This document shows positions 1-14,060 of a stretch of 64,000 nt of DNA, piece after piece; position 1 is the stretch's first letter; the number at the start of each line of letters is the position of its first letter. Origin of the DNA: Azolla caroliniana (Eukaryota > Plantae > Polypodiophyta); contig CM091651.1 in NCBI GenBank assembly GCA_043228905.1, positions 62,001 to 126,000 of the forward strand. Direction: 5' to 3'. Under the pieces are notes generated by a model. The model ran no database searches. It saw nothing but the letters and a program-made list of their open reading frames with translations, and was not told the origin of the DNA. The translations under genes were made by a program, and so were the position numbers.

Positions 1-32
1 GTGAAAATTGGATGAGTTTTATCTAGAGCCAT
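1..32 (-). CDS. psbF: cytochrome b559 beta subunit, 5' part (runs off window)
   Basis: ATG GCT CTA GAT AAA ACT CAT CCA ATT TTC = MALDKTHPIF, directly after psbE with GGAGG RBS. Confidence 0.9.
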   Translation of the reverse strand, partial: MALDKTHPIF

Positions 33-41
33 TGGTGCCTC

Positions 42-293
42 CTAAAATGGTTTAGTAAACGCATCAACCTGTTCCAACGAGTCGAAACGGCCGGTTATTA
101 AAGGAACTTCTTGTCGGTTCTCAGAGAAATATTCGTTAGGGCGGGGGCTTCCAAAAACATCATAAGCTAAACCTGTACTGACAAAAAGCCAACCTGCTAT
201 AAACGGGGAGGGTATAGTGATGCTGTGGATGACCCAGTATCAAGTACTAGTAATGATGTCGGCAAAGGGACGTTCTCCTGTATTCCCAGACGT
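42..293 (-). CDS. psbE: cytochrome b559 alpha subunit (ACG start, internal TGA at 240-242)
   Basis: Manual translation (T>M)[26 protein letters not shown]; 84 codons including stop; needs editing. Confidence 0.95.
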
Positions 294-808
294 GTTTAGC
301 TCCGTATTTCTATCTCGTGATACTCAACTTAAAAGGATTTTTTTTTGTAAGGAAGTAGCGACACTGAAGGGTCAGGGATCCGCCAGCGCACCTCACCGAA
401 CCGGAATCAATCCAAAAAGGTTGTCACTATTATACCAAGGGTATATCGTAAATATACTGGATAAGTATAGCTATCCTCCCTTCGATGCGGCAAGCCATAC
501 TAAAAAGTACCGGTGGGTACGCAACAAGTTGTTATGGACTATCTGTAATCCTTCCTTTTGCGTCATTTTAAGTTAAGTCGATAAGAAAAAAAACTATAAG
601 AAAATCTTTTTTTTTTCTTACTTAATTTGATCTTAAAAAAAAAAGTCTTCGTTATCCTATTGGATCAGTCGTTCCCACACAAAAGCACACTTTCCGGTGT
701 TATTCTAGTCAAATTGAGAAAGTCTTAGTCAATAACAAAAATATTTAGTAAAAAATATCATAAAATTGTATACTAAATTATCTGTTAGATAATTTGGTAT
801 TTAAACCC

Positions 809-904
809 ATGCTCACTCTACCAAGCTATTTTGCCTTTTTGACATCCGTACTAACTTTAACTTTAGCATTATTTGTTGGATCGAACAAGATTAAGATTCC
901 GTGA
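809..904 (+). CDS. petL: cytochrome b6f subunit PetL
   Basis: MLTLPSYFAFLTSVLTLTLALFVGSNKIKIP*, 31 aa, position between psbE and petG. Confidence 0.9.
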   Translation: MLTLPSYFAFLTSVLTLTLALFVGSNKIKIP

Positions 905-1056
905 GATAGCAGTATCGTCTTCTATAGGGGGAAGGAACAAAGGAGAGCCCACGCACGGGCGCTTAGCAATTCACTGTACCCACCAAAAATTGCTCGCTGG
1001 TTGAAGAGATTGAACCTGCCTGGGTGAGTATTTGTATTAGATATCTACGAACTTAA

Positions 1057-1173
1057 ATGGTTGAAGCATTATTATCCGGAATTGTGCTAGGTTCGATCCC
1101 AATAACCTTAGCTGGTTCATTTGTAACCGCATATTCACAATACAGACGTGGTGACCAGTTGGATATTAGATAA
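1057..1173 (+). CDS. petG: cytochrome b6f subunit PetG
   Basis: [38 protein letters not shown]. Confidence 0.95.
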   Translation: MVEALLSGIVLGSIPITLAGSFVTAYSQYRRGDQLDIR

Positions 1174-1462
1174 AAATTAACAACTTTGGGTCTGATAGGA
1201 CAATTAAATGAATGGGAAATAGAAATACAGATATCTATAGATATCTTATGCTTTTTTTTTCCCATTTCTATTTCTGTTTCCTTCTAGCACCCGATTATTC
1301 TATTTTGTAGTGAGTCCGAAAGAAAAGCTCATCCGGTAAAAGAGATATGTCCGGCGACAATAGCAATATATATAGATATTTTTCTTCTTTCTGTCTCTTC
1401 TTGCTTCTACATTTTAAAACACATATGAAGCAGACTCACTCTGTTAGTTCAGAGATCATAAA

Positions 1463-1536
1463 CACGCCCTGTAGGATTCGAACCTACGACATCGGGTTTT
1501 GGAGACCCGCGTTCTACCTAACTGAACTAAAGGCGC
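1463..1536 (-). tRNA. trnW-CCA: tRNA-Trp(CCA)
   Basis: Cloverleaf, anticodon loop CTCCAAA, GTTCGAATC T-arm. Confidence 0.95.
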
Positions 1537-1702
1537 TTCTCCACCACTGACTGGAGTTTTTCTTTGGGAGAGTAAGGGTGGCGGGACGACAAAAGGGCCC
1601 ACCCCTTATTCTTCCAAAGAAAAACAACGAATAGATTTTTCTTATGAATGGGATTTTCTATTCCACCCCCTAAGCTCCATGATTTGCGCATTGATAAGAA
1701 AA

Positions 1703-1776
1703 TAGGGATGACGGGATTTGAACCTGCGGCATCTTGTACCCAAAACAAACGCGCTACCGAACTGCGCTACATCCCT
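1703..1776 (-). tRNA. trnP-UGG: tRNA-Pro(UGG)
   Basis: AGGGATGTAGCGCAG start, anticodon TGG, T-arm GTTCAAATC. Confidence 0.95.
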
Positions 1777-2058
1777 ATATTCATCGTGATTGGCATCACT
1801 GATATGAAATTAGCCGATCCGATTCGATTATAACCGATTATTAGATGTACTCGCCACCGGCAGAGTAAAAAGAAATATTTAAGTGTTGTATTGTACGATT
1901 CCGAATCCTCGAATCTAAAAGTAATTTCCTAACTTTTCGGGAGGAAAGGATCGATAAGGAGGCTTTTCTTTTTTTTTTTGGTAGGATGCAAAGGATTTGG
2001 TAATTTATAGGAGAGGGAAGAGGGGGAGATAAAAAAAGAACAACAAGGAGAATTTCTG

Positions 2059-2187
2059 ATGCAATATGTGAAGATTTATCTCTCTACAGCCCCTGTCATT
2101 GCTACTATATGGTTTGGGTTGTTAGCTGGTTTGTCGATAGAAATAAATCGTTTTTTTCCAGATGCCTTAGTTTTTCCCTTCCTGTGA
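2059..2187 (+). CDS. psaJ: photosystem I subunit IX
   Basis: [20 protein letters not shown]...[16 protein letters not shown]. Confidence 0.95.
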   Translation: MQYVKIYLSTAPVIATIWFGLLAGLSIEINRFFPDALVFPFL

Positions 2188-2432
2188 CCCATTAGATTAG
2201 GCGCCAAGTACAAGAACAAGCAGAATCGAGGAAATTATTGATCTTTTCGTTTTTGTTTGCAGGGGAAATCACAGGTTATCGATCCTTTTGAACTTTTGAA
2301 TGAAAAAATATTCTTGTTATTTTGAATTCTGCTGGTTGGGACTGCGCAGGCGGTTAATTCGAATCCTTCTTGGATCCAGCCCCCTATCTTGTAAAGCAAA
2401 AGAATAAAAAAAGGTATCGTCCAATCAGTATT

Positions 2433-2633
2433 ATGGCTAAAAGTAAAGATGCAAGAGTAACTATCGCTTCGGAATGTACAAGTTGTGTCCAGAAAAGGAC
2501 TGGTTACAATCCCGTAGGTGTCTCTCGGTACACTACGCGTAAAAATCGTCGGAATACGCCTATTCGGTTGGAATCGAAGAAATTTTGTTTTTGTTGCGGT
2601 AAGCACACTATTCACAAAGAGTTGAAAAAGTGA
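2433..2633 (+). CDS. rpl33: 50S ribosomal protein L33
   Basis: [46 protein letters not shown]. Confidence 0.95.
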   Translation: MAKSKDARVTIASECTSCVQKRTGYNPVGVSRYTTRKNRRNTPIRLESKKFCFCCGKHTIHKELKK

Positions 2634-2696
2634 ATCAAACATCTAAAGGATCCATAGGTAGTCAATAGTATTAGATATTGGTAATTACGAAGTATC

Positions 2697-2924
2697 ATGA
2701 ATAGGTTTAAACGATCTTCCCGCAGACGCTCCCCATCACTTCGATCCGACGAAACTATCGATTACAGAAACACAAGTTTACTTCGTCGATTTGTTAGCGA
2801 ACAAGGAAAGATTCTATCCAGGCGGATGAATAGGTTGACTTCTAAACAACAACGTTCAGTGGCGGTTGCCATAAAAAGAGCTCGTATTTTAGCATTACCG
2901 CCCTTCTCGAACAGCGAAAACTAG
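2697..2924 (+). CDS. rps18: 30S ribosomal protein S18
   Basis: [23 protein letters not shown]...KQQR...AIKRARILA. Confidence 0.95.
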   Translation: MNRFKRSSRRRSPSLRSDETIDYRNTSLLRRFVSEQGKILSRRMNRLTSKQQRSVAVAIKRARILALPPFSNSEN

Positions 2925-3022
2925 ACCCTTTTCTTTTCCTTAGGAATGAACCATTCCAATATATCTTTCGCCTCTCCGAGAGAAATCATCCGGAGAGGCT
3001 TATAAAAACCAATCAGTGTACC

Positions 3023-3370
3023 TCGTTTTGTTACAGCCTGTACGATCCTAGAGAAGCAATAGGCATCTGGAGTAGCTATCTGCGCGAGTGTTTTGCAGTT
3101 CGAATAAACTCGATTCTCAGACAAATTGTGAATCATTCCACCGTACGTAATTCCATTCTCTCGTGCTGCTGCGTTGATCCGAGCAATCCACAAACGACGC
3201 ATTTCTCTTTTTCTATTACTTCTATCCGCATAGGCAGAAGCCAGTGCTTTTTGCTCTTGTTGATTCGCCGCCCTAAACAGTCTCGAGTGAGCCCCCCGGA
3301 ATCCGGCAGCAAATTCGAGAATATTCTTACGATGCCTCCGAGCTACGGATCCGCGTTTTACTCTGGTCGT
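3023..3370 (-). CDS. rpl20: 50S ribosomal protein L20 (ACG start; stop probably made by editing CGA at 3023-3025, genomic stop at 2921)
   Basis: (T>M)TRVKRGSVARRHRKNIL...FRGAHSRLFR...RRLWIARINAAAR. Confidence 0.9.
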
Positions 3371-4325
3371 TAGATGCCTAGCCTCACAAAAAATCAGAAT
3401 TTAGTCTTTGCAAAATCCATTTAGTTTTATTTTAACAATACCTGCCCGTAGGATCCTCCCTCATTTATCCTTACGTTTCTCAGATAAATTAATTTAGACA
3501 GATCGATTATCTATATTAAACTACATTCGGTGAAATCGTAAAAACAATGTATATTATTAAATAGATTCAATAAAGCTATGTACGATAGTGATACGCTACA
3601 CATATTTATCGAACCTCAAAATTGAAGTATCCTTTTTCTTTTTTTTTAGAATAATTTTTTTCCTTCCACAAAGTATTCATTCTTTTCTCTGATGCAAAAA
3701 ATAAGATTTCCAACGGCTTTTGCTACTCCAACTTTCCCACCCGCAAAGACTCCGGATTAGATGTCTGTTTCCATCAGCCATCACCGACCAGATACTGCAC
3801 CGGAGACGTTATGGATTCCACTGTTTCCACGGCTGAGCTCTTGGCAGCTGGGTCCTTCCTACACACCGGAGCGTGAAGTTCCTTCGAGATGAGAGAAACA
3901 TAGTTGCTGCTGGCGGGTCGTATGATCCTCAGTGAGTAGCTCCACCCGGGAGTGAAGCAGTCCGGGCAAATAACTATTCTTTGCAGTATAATATAAGAAA
4001 TCGTTTGTATAGTAACGGTGTTTCGAGCTGGAAGTTGGCAAAAAACTTGACCCGAGATTACTGCCACTGCAACAATATTGATGAAGGTATGATTCTTTAT
4101 ACCATTCTCTTAACATCGCTTAATGATTATTTTTAACATCATCGATGTTTGTTTTGACACCATCCCAAATCGAGATGGTCGGAGTTTCACCGACCGCAAC
4201 CGCAAATTCCCATTCCTATTCGAAACGGATAGACAATACATGTAGACCATGCTTCATTAGAAAAATTATTCTGCAACACCAAACTTTTCTCTTTACGCTT
4301 GGTTTTCAGTCCGAACGAGTCACAC

Positions 4326-4439
4326 ATACACCCTAGTACATACTCCCCGCCGTTGGGGGCATCCCCGAAGGGCTGGGGATTTTGTTCCACCGCCCAGTCG
4401 TTGTCTAGCTTTTCTAATAAGTTGCTGATTTGTTGGCAC
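4326..4439 (-). CDS. rps12: 30S ribosomal protein S12, trans-spliced exon 1 (GTG start)
   Basis: (V)[12 protein letters not shown]...[19 protein letters not shown], 114 bp, followed by GTGTG group II intron start. Confidence 0.93.
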
Positions 4440-4839
4440 GTTCAAAGAAGCAGATAATCTGTTTGGTTTAGAATATTCTTAACCATGTGCATGCAAGAAT
4501 GAAATCTCTCAATATCTTCGATTTTTAGGTTTCGGTATGGTTTTCTGACTTAACAGTGGGAGGCGCGGTCCAAGGCCCCTGGGGATTGGATAGAGCGATC
4601 ATTGAGATAAATGAGTATGAAACAACGAAGGATCTTTTTATTTTAATTAATTTAGAAATCAATTCAACTATATTTATTCTTTGGCTCAACCGCAAACCAC
4701 AGATAGAGAGAAAAGTTTTTCTCCTTTTTTTTTTCGGGTGTAGAATCTTTTTTTTTGTTAGACAAGGAGGAGTTCTCTGACTCCTCTTCTATCCATATCG
4801 ATGCCGAAAGGATCTTATAAAAAAAGCAAAACTGAATTA

Positions 4840-6749
4840 TCAATTCGGAGCGTTATCCGACGCGACAAAATCCGCGATACCATAATCCTGGGCTTCTTCC
4901 GCTGACAGAAAAACGTCTCTTTCCATGTCTTCAGAAATCATCCATAGCGGTTTACCAGTTCTTTGTGCATAAACCCTGGTTATACAATCACGGAGTTTCG
5001 ATACTTCTTCTGCTTCCATAACACACTCCCCTGCTTGTCCGTCATAATACGAACTAGCGGGTTGGTGAATCATTACCCTGATTGGGGTATAACCCAGGAC
5101 TAGCCGTACGGGCAGTTATCTATGCATACGGCTATGCGTCGGGTGGGGTAAAACCGGTAGGCGGTGATATATTTCCAAGCGCTAGTCTCCTTACTCCATG
5201 CAAGAAAAAAAAAAAGATCTCTTGCGTTATTACAAAAATTTCCCTACCGGAACACTGTAATATGGTATGTACCATCCTTCTAAACATACTACGATGGTTC
5301 CGTTGCTTCTCATTCGAGCAATCCCAAGGTTTGCTATGTCTATCCCCGATGGGCGATAGAATCATTTTATTTCTACTGCTGATGAAGAAGAAGTCTGATC
5401 TTCTAAAACCACGAAGAATCAACAAAATATTCAGTTTATGACGCTAATATATATATATATTGATCTCCGTCGAATCTATCAAAAAAAGAGAGAGGTTTCT
5501 TTGATTCCTGTTACTATCTTGGCGATTTACTACTTCACTTTCGAATCTATGTCCGAAAAAAAGAATTACCAAGTATCGGATGCCATGCTATTGTTACCTA
5601 ACCAGGCGAAGGCACAGTTTGATTTACTTTTTTTATGATAAAAATCATTGGCGCCAAGCGTGAGGTAGTGCTATACGTTTGGTAATTTCCCCCCCAGCCA
5701 AAATGGAAGATCCCATCGAAGCAGCTAGTCCCATACAAATGGTATGCACGTCCGGTACCACAAATTGCGTAGCATCATAAACAGACATTCCGGCTAAGAC
5801 TGCCCCGCCGGGAGAATTCACATACAAAAAAATATCTTTGCCTTCGTCTTCCCCATTCAGGTACATCATGATACCGATTAGTTGATTAGCAATTTCATCA
5901 TCTACCTGTTGACCCAAGAAAAGAAGTCTTTCCCGATAAAGCCGGTTGATCAGGATAGGTTTATGTGTCATGCACCCTCACCCCCCTCTGGAACCGTACG
6001 AGCGTCGCTAGAAGCATACGGCTCTGGTAGTTTGTACATGGTGGAGGCAGAAAAGAAAAAAAACTATTGCCTTTTTTCAGAAAGAGGAAAACTAGCATTT
6101 CTTGCTTACAACGCTCGTTGTGCAATGCAAGATGCCCACCATTTCAATTAAATTCCGGTTCAGATTTGTCTGTCTCATCCATCAAAAATCCTGAACTGAC
6201 TCGTAACCGGCCTGTAGTAGGGATGAACTCGCCCGTCATTCAACCTCCTTCGCACCGGTGTCTTCCTGTTCGTGGTTGAGCTCTTTCCAGAATCTTTGGG
6301 TTCATTTTCTACTTCGGGGGGGGTCCGACCGTCACTCGTACGTATGGAACGAATTTTTTTACTTCCCCTCTTCTTCCTATTCCCACAACTAATGGATTCA
6401 GAAGTAATAGACTTTTCTGGAGTCTTGCTCATCCTACCTTCCATTCTGTAGCAGGTTCTGCTACGACCAAGCTTGGGACTCAGTCACCGGAGCCTGAATA
6501 ACTTGTTTATTCTAACTAGCCATGGATTCCATTGGTAAATATCTCGTGAAAGTATTCATCACGTGTTTAACAACTGAGTGATAATTCAGTCTACTCCAAG
6601 TGAGATAGAGACATATCGATTGAGTGAAAGGTAATGGAGAGTAATTCCATGCAGCTCAACGCACCTGACGAGTCGTACTATACGTCAACCCAAACAGCAT
6701 CCTCCTCCCCAGGTAGACGAAAGGGCACTTTTGGAACACCAATTGGCAT
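4840..6749 (-). CDS. clpP: ClpP protease proteolytic subunit; exons 6679-6749, 5657-5948, 4840-5079; two group II introns
   Basis: [23 protein letters not shown] / [13 protein letters not shown]...NSPGG...GLAASMGS / [10 protein letters not shown]; 71 and 292 bp exons as usual. Confidence 0.95.
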
Positions 6750-7260
6750 GCAGAAATTACATTTTCTTTTTCTTTTTCTCTTACTATTTTCAATCCCATT
6801 TACTGAATCGGGAACGTAGAAACCGAAGCTGGCAAAAGTTCGTATCATATTATAACACACTTGATTAAGGCTTTGTGGTAAGTCGAAAAACCATCGATTT
6901 TCTGTATAATGAGAAAGTTTAAATATCTGGATGGGACCAATCTCTACATTGTTATATAAAGAAAGTAGATGCTAGAATATCAATGTCTTTCTCATTCCTA
7001 TCAGGAAGATTTTTGGCCTCTCCAATACAACATAATTCGTTCGATCGAGTTGGTGGTGGGAGGGGGATGGATACGGGTGTCTACAAGCAAACGAAGAACG
7101 ATATTTGTTTTAAGACCAAAATCACTCTAATCAAAAACCAACCGAGTTAGATATTTCAGAAAAATTTTGCTTTTTTGCTTCTTCGTAGTGCAAGCCTACA
7201 TCACCGCGAGAAAATCATATAGCGTTTACTTATTTCCAATATCCAAGAAAGGGGTTTTTC

Positions 7261-8787
7261 ACGGGTTTGCCTTGGTATCGCGTTCATACTGTCGTACTAA
7301 ACGATCCTGGTCGTCTGATTTCCGTACATCTGATGCATACTGCTTTGGTTTCTGGCTGGGCGGGTTCAATGGCTCTTTACGAATTAGCAGTTTTCGATCC
7401 ATCCGACCCTGTTCTTGATCCTATGTGGAGGCAGGGTATGTTTGTTATTCCGTTCATGACTCGTATTGGAATAACAAAATCGTGGGGAGGTTGGAGCATT
7501 ACCGGAGATACTGTAAGTGATGCAGGTATCTGGAGCTACGAAGGCGTAGCCGCGGCCCACATCGTATTATCCGGTTTACTGTTTTTAGCTGCTATCTGGC
7601 ACTGGGTCTACTGGGATTTGGATCTGTTTCGCGATGATCGCACAGGAAAACCATCCTTGGATTTACCTAAAATATTTGGGATTCACCTATTCCTTTCAGG
7701 AGTACTTTGTTTTGCTTTTGGAGCATTCCACGTAACCGGTTTATTTGGTCCCGGTATTTGGGTATCGGATCCCTATGGATTAACAGGAAAGGTGGAACCC
7801 GTAGATCCGGCTTGGGGAGCTGAAGGTTTTGACCCATTCGTTCCGGGAGGAATAGCTTCGCACCACATAGCTGCGGGAGTCCTAGGTATATTAGCCGGTC
7901 TATTTCACCTTAGTGTTCGTCCCCCACAACGATTGTATAAAGCTCTTCGTATGGGAAATGTCGAAACCGTATTATCTAGCAGTATCGCTGCAGTCTTTTT
8001 CGCCGCCTTCGTAGTTTCTGGAACCATGTGGTACGGTTCTGCCGCCACTCCAATCGAGTTGTTTGGCCCTACGCGTTACCAATGGGATCAGGGATATTTT
8101 CAACAAGAAATAGATCGACGAATCCGCTCTAGCAAGACTGAAAATCTGAGTCTATCCGAAGCTTGGTCTAAGATTCCAGAAAAATTAGCCTTTTACGATT
8201 ACATTGGTAACAATCCGGCTAAAGGTGGATTATTCAGAGCAGGTGCAATGGACAACGGCGATGGTATAGCTGTAGGTTGGTTAGGCCACGCTATCTTCAA
8301 AGATAAGGGGGGTCGTGAGTTGTTCGTACGCCGGATGCCCACCTTCTTCGAAACATTTCCAGTAGTCTTGGTAGATGGCGAAGGCATCGTAAGAGCCGAC
8401 GTGCCATTCAGACGAGCGGAATCTAAATATAGTGTTGAGCAAGTAGGCGTAACTGTAGAATTTAACGGCGGTGAACTAGATGGCGCTAGCTTTAGCGATC
8501 CCGCTACGGTAAAGAAATACGCAAGACGCGCCCAATTGGGTGAAATTTTTGAATTTGATCGCGCTACTCTGAAATCAGATGGTGTTTTTAGAAGTAGTCC
8601 TAGGGGGTGGTTTACTTTCGGTCACGCCACATTTGCTCTACTCTTTTTCTTTGGTCATATCTGGCATGGTGCAAGAACCCTCTTCAGAGACGTTTTTGCT
8701 GGTATTGATCCCGACCTAGACGCTCAGGTCGAATTTGGAGCATTCCAGAAGTTGGGGGATCCAAGTACCAAGAGACAAGCTGTTTGA
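7261..8787 (+). CDS. psbB: photosystem II CP47 (ACG start)
   Basis: ACG GGT TTG CCT TGG TAT CGC = (M)[18 protein letters not shown], 508 aa. Confidence 0.98.
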   Translation, partial: TGLPWYRVHTVVLNDPGRLISVHLMHTALVSGWAGSMALYELAVFDPSDPVLDPMWRQGMFVIPFMTRIGITKSWGGWSITGDTVSDAGIWSYEGVAAAHIVLSGLLFLAAIWHWVYWDLDLFRDDRTGKPSLDLPKIFGIHLFLSGVLCFAFGAFHVTGLFGPGIWVSDPYGLTGKVEPVDPAWGAEGFDPFVPGGIASHHIAAGVLGILAGLFHLSVRPPQRLYKALRMGNVETVLSSSIAAVFFAAFVVSGTMWYGSAATPIELFGPTRYQWDQGYFQQEIDRRIRSSKTENLSLSEAWSKIPEKLAFYDYIGNNPAKGGLFRAGAMDNGDGIAVGWLGHAIFKDKGGRELFVRRMPTFFETFPVVLVDGEGIVRADVPFRRAESKYSVEQVGVTVEFNGGELDGASFSDPATVKKYARRAQLGEIFEFDRATLKSDGVFRSSPRGWFTFGHATFALLFFFGHIWHGARTLFRDVFAGIDPDLDAQVEFGAFQKLGDPSTKRQAV

Positions 8788-8957
8788 GTGGAAAATTCTT
8801 TGAAAAATCGGGTCCGGTAGGATTTTTCAAGGGAGTTCTTTTTCTTGCAAGGTGATATTACTAATAAGATAGAGAAAGGATTAAGTAGATAGATAATTTA
8901 TCTCAAAATAAGTATGAAAGATATCTTCAAAAAACTACTTTACGGTCGGTCGAATCC

Positions 8958-9062
8958 ATGGAAGCACTGGTTTATACATTTCTACTGGTAGCCACTCTGG
9001 GTATAATTTTTTTCTCCATTTTTTTTCGGGAACCACCCAAGCTGCCCACCAAGGAAAAGTGA
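8958..9062 (+). CDS. psbT: photosystem II protein T
   Basis: [34 protein letters not shown]. Confidence 0.95.
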   Translation: MEALVYTFLLVATLGIIFFSIFFREPPKLPTKEK

Positions 9063-9154
9063 CATTCTATTCTTAGATACTCAAAAACCAACATAAGAAG
9101 TACTTGTCTTCGTTACTGGCATCGGCGGACTCATGGAAGGAGTAGGGCTAGTTG

Positions 9155-9190
9155 GAGACCTTCCTCGGTTGTTTTTTCCGGGAAGGTCTC
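9155..9190. terminator. stem-loop between convergent psbT and psbN
   Basis: GAGACCTTCC...GGAAGGTCTC 10-bp inverted repeat. Confidence 0.7.
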
Positions 9191-9199
9191 TCAGTCTAA

Positions 9200-9331
9200 C
9201 TAATCTTCATGTTCCTCAAAGGGGTCTCTGAGCTCTTCGGAGGGTTGACCGAAGGCAGTATACAAAGCGTGACCGGTGAAGCTGACGAGTGAACAAGATG
9301 TAAAGATAGCGACCGAAGTTGCAGTTTCCGT
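9200..9331 (-). CDS. psbN: PsbN / Pbf1 (ACG start)
   Basis: (T>M)ETATSVAIF...[22 protein letters not shown]. Confidence 0.95.
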   Translation of the reverse strand, partial: TETATSVAIFTSCSLVSFTGHALYTAFGQPSEELRDPFEEHED

Positions 9332-9415
9332 TGCTGTATAACCTAAGAAATATTAATTCCCATGAGATATAATAGTATACAAAGTCAGTAAATTTCAATC
9401 GATTGAATAAGCTCT

Positions 9416-9640
9416 ATGGCTACCAATTTTGTTGATGATACTCCCAAGGGTAAACCCCGGGTTAGTCTCTTAGGAATAATTTTGAAGCCACTTAACTCAG
9501 AATATGGTAAAGTGGCCCCTGGTTGGGGAACTACCCCTCTAATGGGATTCTTCATGGCCTTATTTGCTGTATTCTTAGTTATCATTTTGGAAATTTACAA
9601 CTCATCTGTTCTTTTGGATGGTATTCCGATAAGTTGGTAG
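9416..9640 (+). CDS. psbH: photosystem II protein H
   Basis: [22 protein letters not shown] motif. Confidence 0.97.
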   Translation: MATNFVDDTPKGKPRVSLLGIILKPLNSEYGKVAPGWGTTPLMGFFMALFAVFLVIILEIYNSSVLLDGIPISW

Positions 9641-9765
9641 GAGAGAGAGGGTGGGTTAGTGCATTGGAACCCACCGCCGCAATAGCCGGGGGTTCCCGGA
9701 TGAAGACTTCAGAGGAGTCAGAAAGGTAGTTAAATTGTGCGAATAATCCCCTGAAAGATTTTGAT

Positions 9766-11271
9766 ATGGGTGTGTGACTCGCAGCAACCAGTCTGGTTCA
9801 ATGAATAGATATTCTTTTGTTGAAGAAATAAAAAGATAACTACTTTTTTTTCTTCAACAAAATAGTAGTTGTCTTGCTGGGTAGCAGTTTGATTATTAGC
9901 ACCCAGAGCGCAAGAAACTAGATATTGCTTGGTAGGGTTCGAACTACGATTAATCCGTACCAATCTACCTTTAAACTTCGTAACAAAAAAGTAAATCGAT
10001 GCCAGGTACGTAACATCGACGCTCGATCAACGAATTGCGAAGAAGTGAACTATCTTTCAATCGAAAATATACGGTAGTGGGGTAAAACGATCATAATCAC
10101 GCAATTTGTCTATTGTTTCACAAATTTATGCCGTGGTCGGAGAATTCTTGCCCATCAGGTTTTCTCACCTTTGAAAAGAAGGATTTACCGGAGTATAGTA
10201 GAGATCCAAGGTTCGTAGATGCTCGGACAATCAGATTGGAACGAGAAAAAAAAAAATAGATATATATATCCATTGATTTCTCCTTATTAATTAAGTATAG
10301 ATCCAGCGATAAGATAAAGAGTTTTCCCGAGATGCTAGTCATAATCATTCCTTGCCTGAATGAAAAATAAAAGCTAACGCGGGATTGAGGCAAAACATAT
10401 TTTTGAGGTTTACGATGCAATGATCACGTCTCCGTTTCTTCTATCTTAAAAGCATTTAATGAAAAAAAAAAGATGAAGACCTTTTCTCATTCTATCTTCA
10501 TATCAAGTGACTATTTAATTAAAAGAATGGACGATTACTCAAATATCTTTGTTTAAGCTGTGTGAGAGCAAAACCTCACGTACGGTTTACAGAGGGGGAG
10601 TTGAAAAAAAAAAGCTTACCCACCTCGATAAGGTATACGATTGGTTTGAAGAGCGCCTTGAAATTCAGGCAATTGCTGATGATATTACTAGTAAATATGT
10701 TCCTCCTCACGTGAACATATTCTATTGTTTGGGGGGAATTACGTTGACTCGCTTTTCAGTCCAGGTAGCCACCGGTTTTGCCACGACTTCTTATTATCGC
10801 CCGACCGTTACAGAAGCTTTTTCTTCGGTTGAATATATAATGACTGAAGTCAATTTTGGATGGCTGATTCGATCTGTCCATCGATGGTCAGCGAGTATGA
10901 TGGTTCCAATGATGATTCCGCATGTATCTCGTGTATATCTTACAGGAGGATTCAAAAAACCCCGTGAATTGACTTGGGTTACTGGTGTAATTCTGGCTGT
11001 ACTAACTGTATCTTTTGGTGTGACTGGGTATTCTTCACCCTGGGATCAGATTGGTTATTGGGCAGTTAAGATAGTAACTGGTGTACCCGAAGCTATTCCT
11101 CTAATAGGATCTTCATCGGTAGAGTTGTCGCGAGGAAGTGTAAGTGTAGGTCAATCCACACTGACTCGTTTTTATAGTTTGCATACCTTCGTATTGCCGC
11201 TACTTACTGCCGTTTCTATGCTAACGCATTTCCTGATGATCCGTAAACAAGGCATTTCGGGTCCTCTTTAG
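9766..11271 (+). CDS. petB: cytochrome b6; exons 9766-9771 and 10630-11271; group II intron
   Basis: ATGGGT|GTGTG intron start; exon 2 [27 protein letters not shown]...RKQGISGPL. Confidence 0.96.
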
Positions 11272-11464
11272 CACTTACAGAAAAATTCTATTGATTCCTG
11301 AGTCATCAAAGAAGGACCTTAATTTATAATTCTTTACAAGGTTGCTATTCCATTGCCGCTGGTGCTTATCACTGAAATAGATGAAGAGTTATCTATCGGA
11401 TTTGATTCCTGTATTAGACTATAGGGATAAACAGATTGAAGCGTTGAAGGAAAAAATTTGGATT

Positions 11465-12673
<1,209 letters not shown>

Positions 12674-12708
12674 AACCCTACTAGTTCATTGACATGCACA
12701 CAGAAAAT

Positions 12709-12745
12709 CTAGGGAGTGATTGTTACACCACAACATCTCCCTAGA
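12709..12745. terminator. petD 3' stem-loop
   Basis: TCTAGGGAG...CTCCCTAGA inverted repeat after petD stop. Confidence 0.65.
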
Positions 12746-13012
12746 CTTGTTGTTTTTTTATAAGCAACTACTAAAATTTCGAAATGGTTCTATTATTTAT
12801 TCTATTTCTTATTTGACAACTAATTATACGTATACGACGACCAAAGCCGTATAACCGCTTTTTTCCGCATCCCCTTCTTGTCTGTCTATGCAAAAAAAAA
12901 TTCATTACTTAGCCGCTTTCATTATTGATAAAGAGCCACAGCGGGCAAGCGATGGGCTGGCCCACAACACCACAACACAAGGAGTACGATTCTGAGAAAA
13001 GACCTTTTATTC

Positions 13013-14026
13013 CTAATCCACGCGCACCTTGCTACTGGGTAATTCTGCGGCGAAACGTTCCCACGAAGCTTTTGAAACCTGATCTACGGATTTTTTTCCA
13101 AAACTCTTTAGTTTAAGCAAATCATCCCGACTATAGTTAAGTAAATCATTTATTGTATGTATCTCAGCCCGTTTAAGACAATTAAAAGCCCTAGCAGGTG
13201 ATTCCAGTTGATCAATGAATGTATTTGTAAGAACTTCTCTCGATTTTCCCACACTATCCAGTTGTAAAGATGATTTGGCTAAGTCCGAAGAATTCTGAAT
13301 ATTACCGAGGTGGGCGATATTAGAATCTCTCACGTGCAAAAAATTTTTTAATAAATAGATTAGTTTTTTAGATGCCTTACATAGAGCTTCTTCGGGGGTC
13401 GGACTACCATTAGTCCATATTTCCATGAATGAGATCTCTCGCATTTCCACACCATTCTCAAACGGATGGACACTATAATTTACGTTTCGGACAGGCATAG
13501 GTATAGCACCAACAGGGAATTCTCCTTCTTGGTATCCTTTAAAATCTTCTGTACGATATCCACAAACATTCTCGATCTTCGATTCAATGTTTAGAGATAT
13601 TGGTTGGACGATAGTAACTATGTATTGTGAATCATCAATAATCTTGACGGAAGGCGGTAGCAAAATGTCACCAGCGGTTACTTTCTTGGGACCAGTTACA
13701 GACAAAAAAGCTTTTTGCGCTTCATTGGATTCATTTCTAAGCGTAGTTCCTTTCAGATTGACTAAAACATCATGTATTGTCTCTTAAATACCCGTCATTG
13801 TGGAATACTCGTGAGCAACTCCCTCAGATTTTGCACTTGTTGTACCTGCTCCTCCAACTTCTTCTGGCGGGGCTCTACGCATGGCAATTCCCACAGTACT
13901 TGCTTGACCCTTTTCAAAGGGGGAAACGACGAATCGGCCGTGATGAAGACGCTTACTTTCCGTCCTGAATTCAACACATTTCCATTGAATTGCCTGGGTA
14001 GAGGTCAATGTTTCGTCCTTAAGCAT
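13013..14026 (-). CDS. rpoA: RNA polymerase alpha subunit (internal TAA at 13784-13786)
   Basis: Two track ORFs in the same frame: GRFVVSPFEKGQASTVGIAMRR..HEYSTMTGI*ETIHD and EIWTNGS..FIDQL..RAFNCLK. Confidence 0.95.
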
Positions 14027-14060
14027 GAAAAAACCCCTGTTCGTTTAATACGACCAGTAG

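Noticed and set aside
3720-4325. Short ORFs and GC-richer sequence between rpl20 and rps12 exon 1
   Set aside because: Best explained as the 5' half of the trans-spliced rps12 group II intron.
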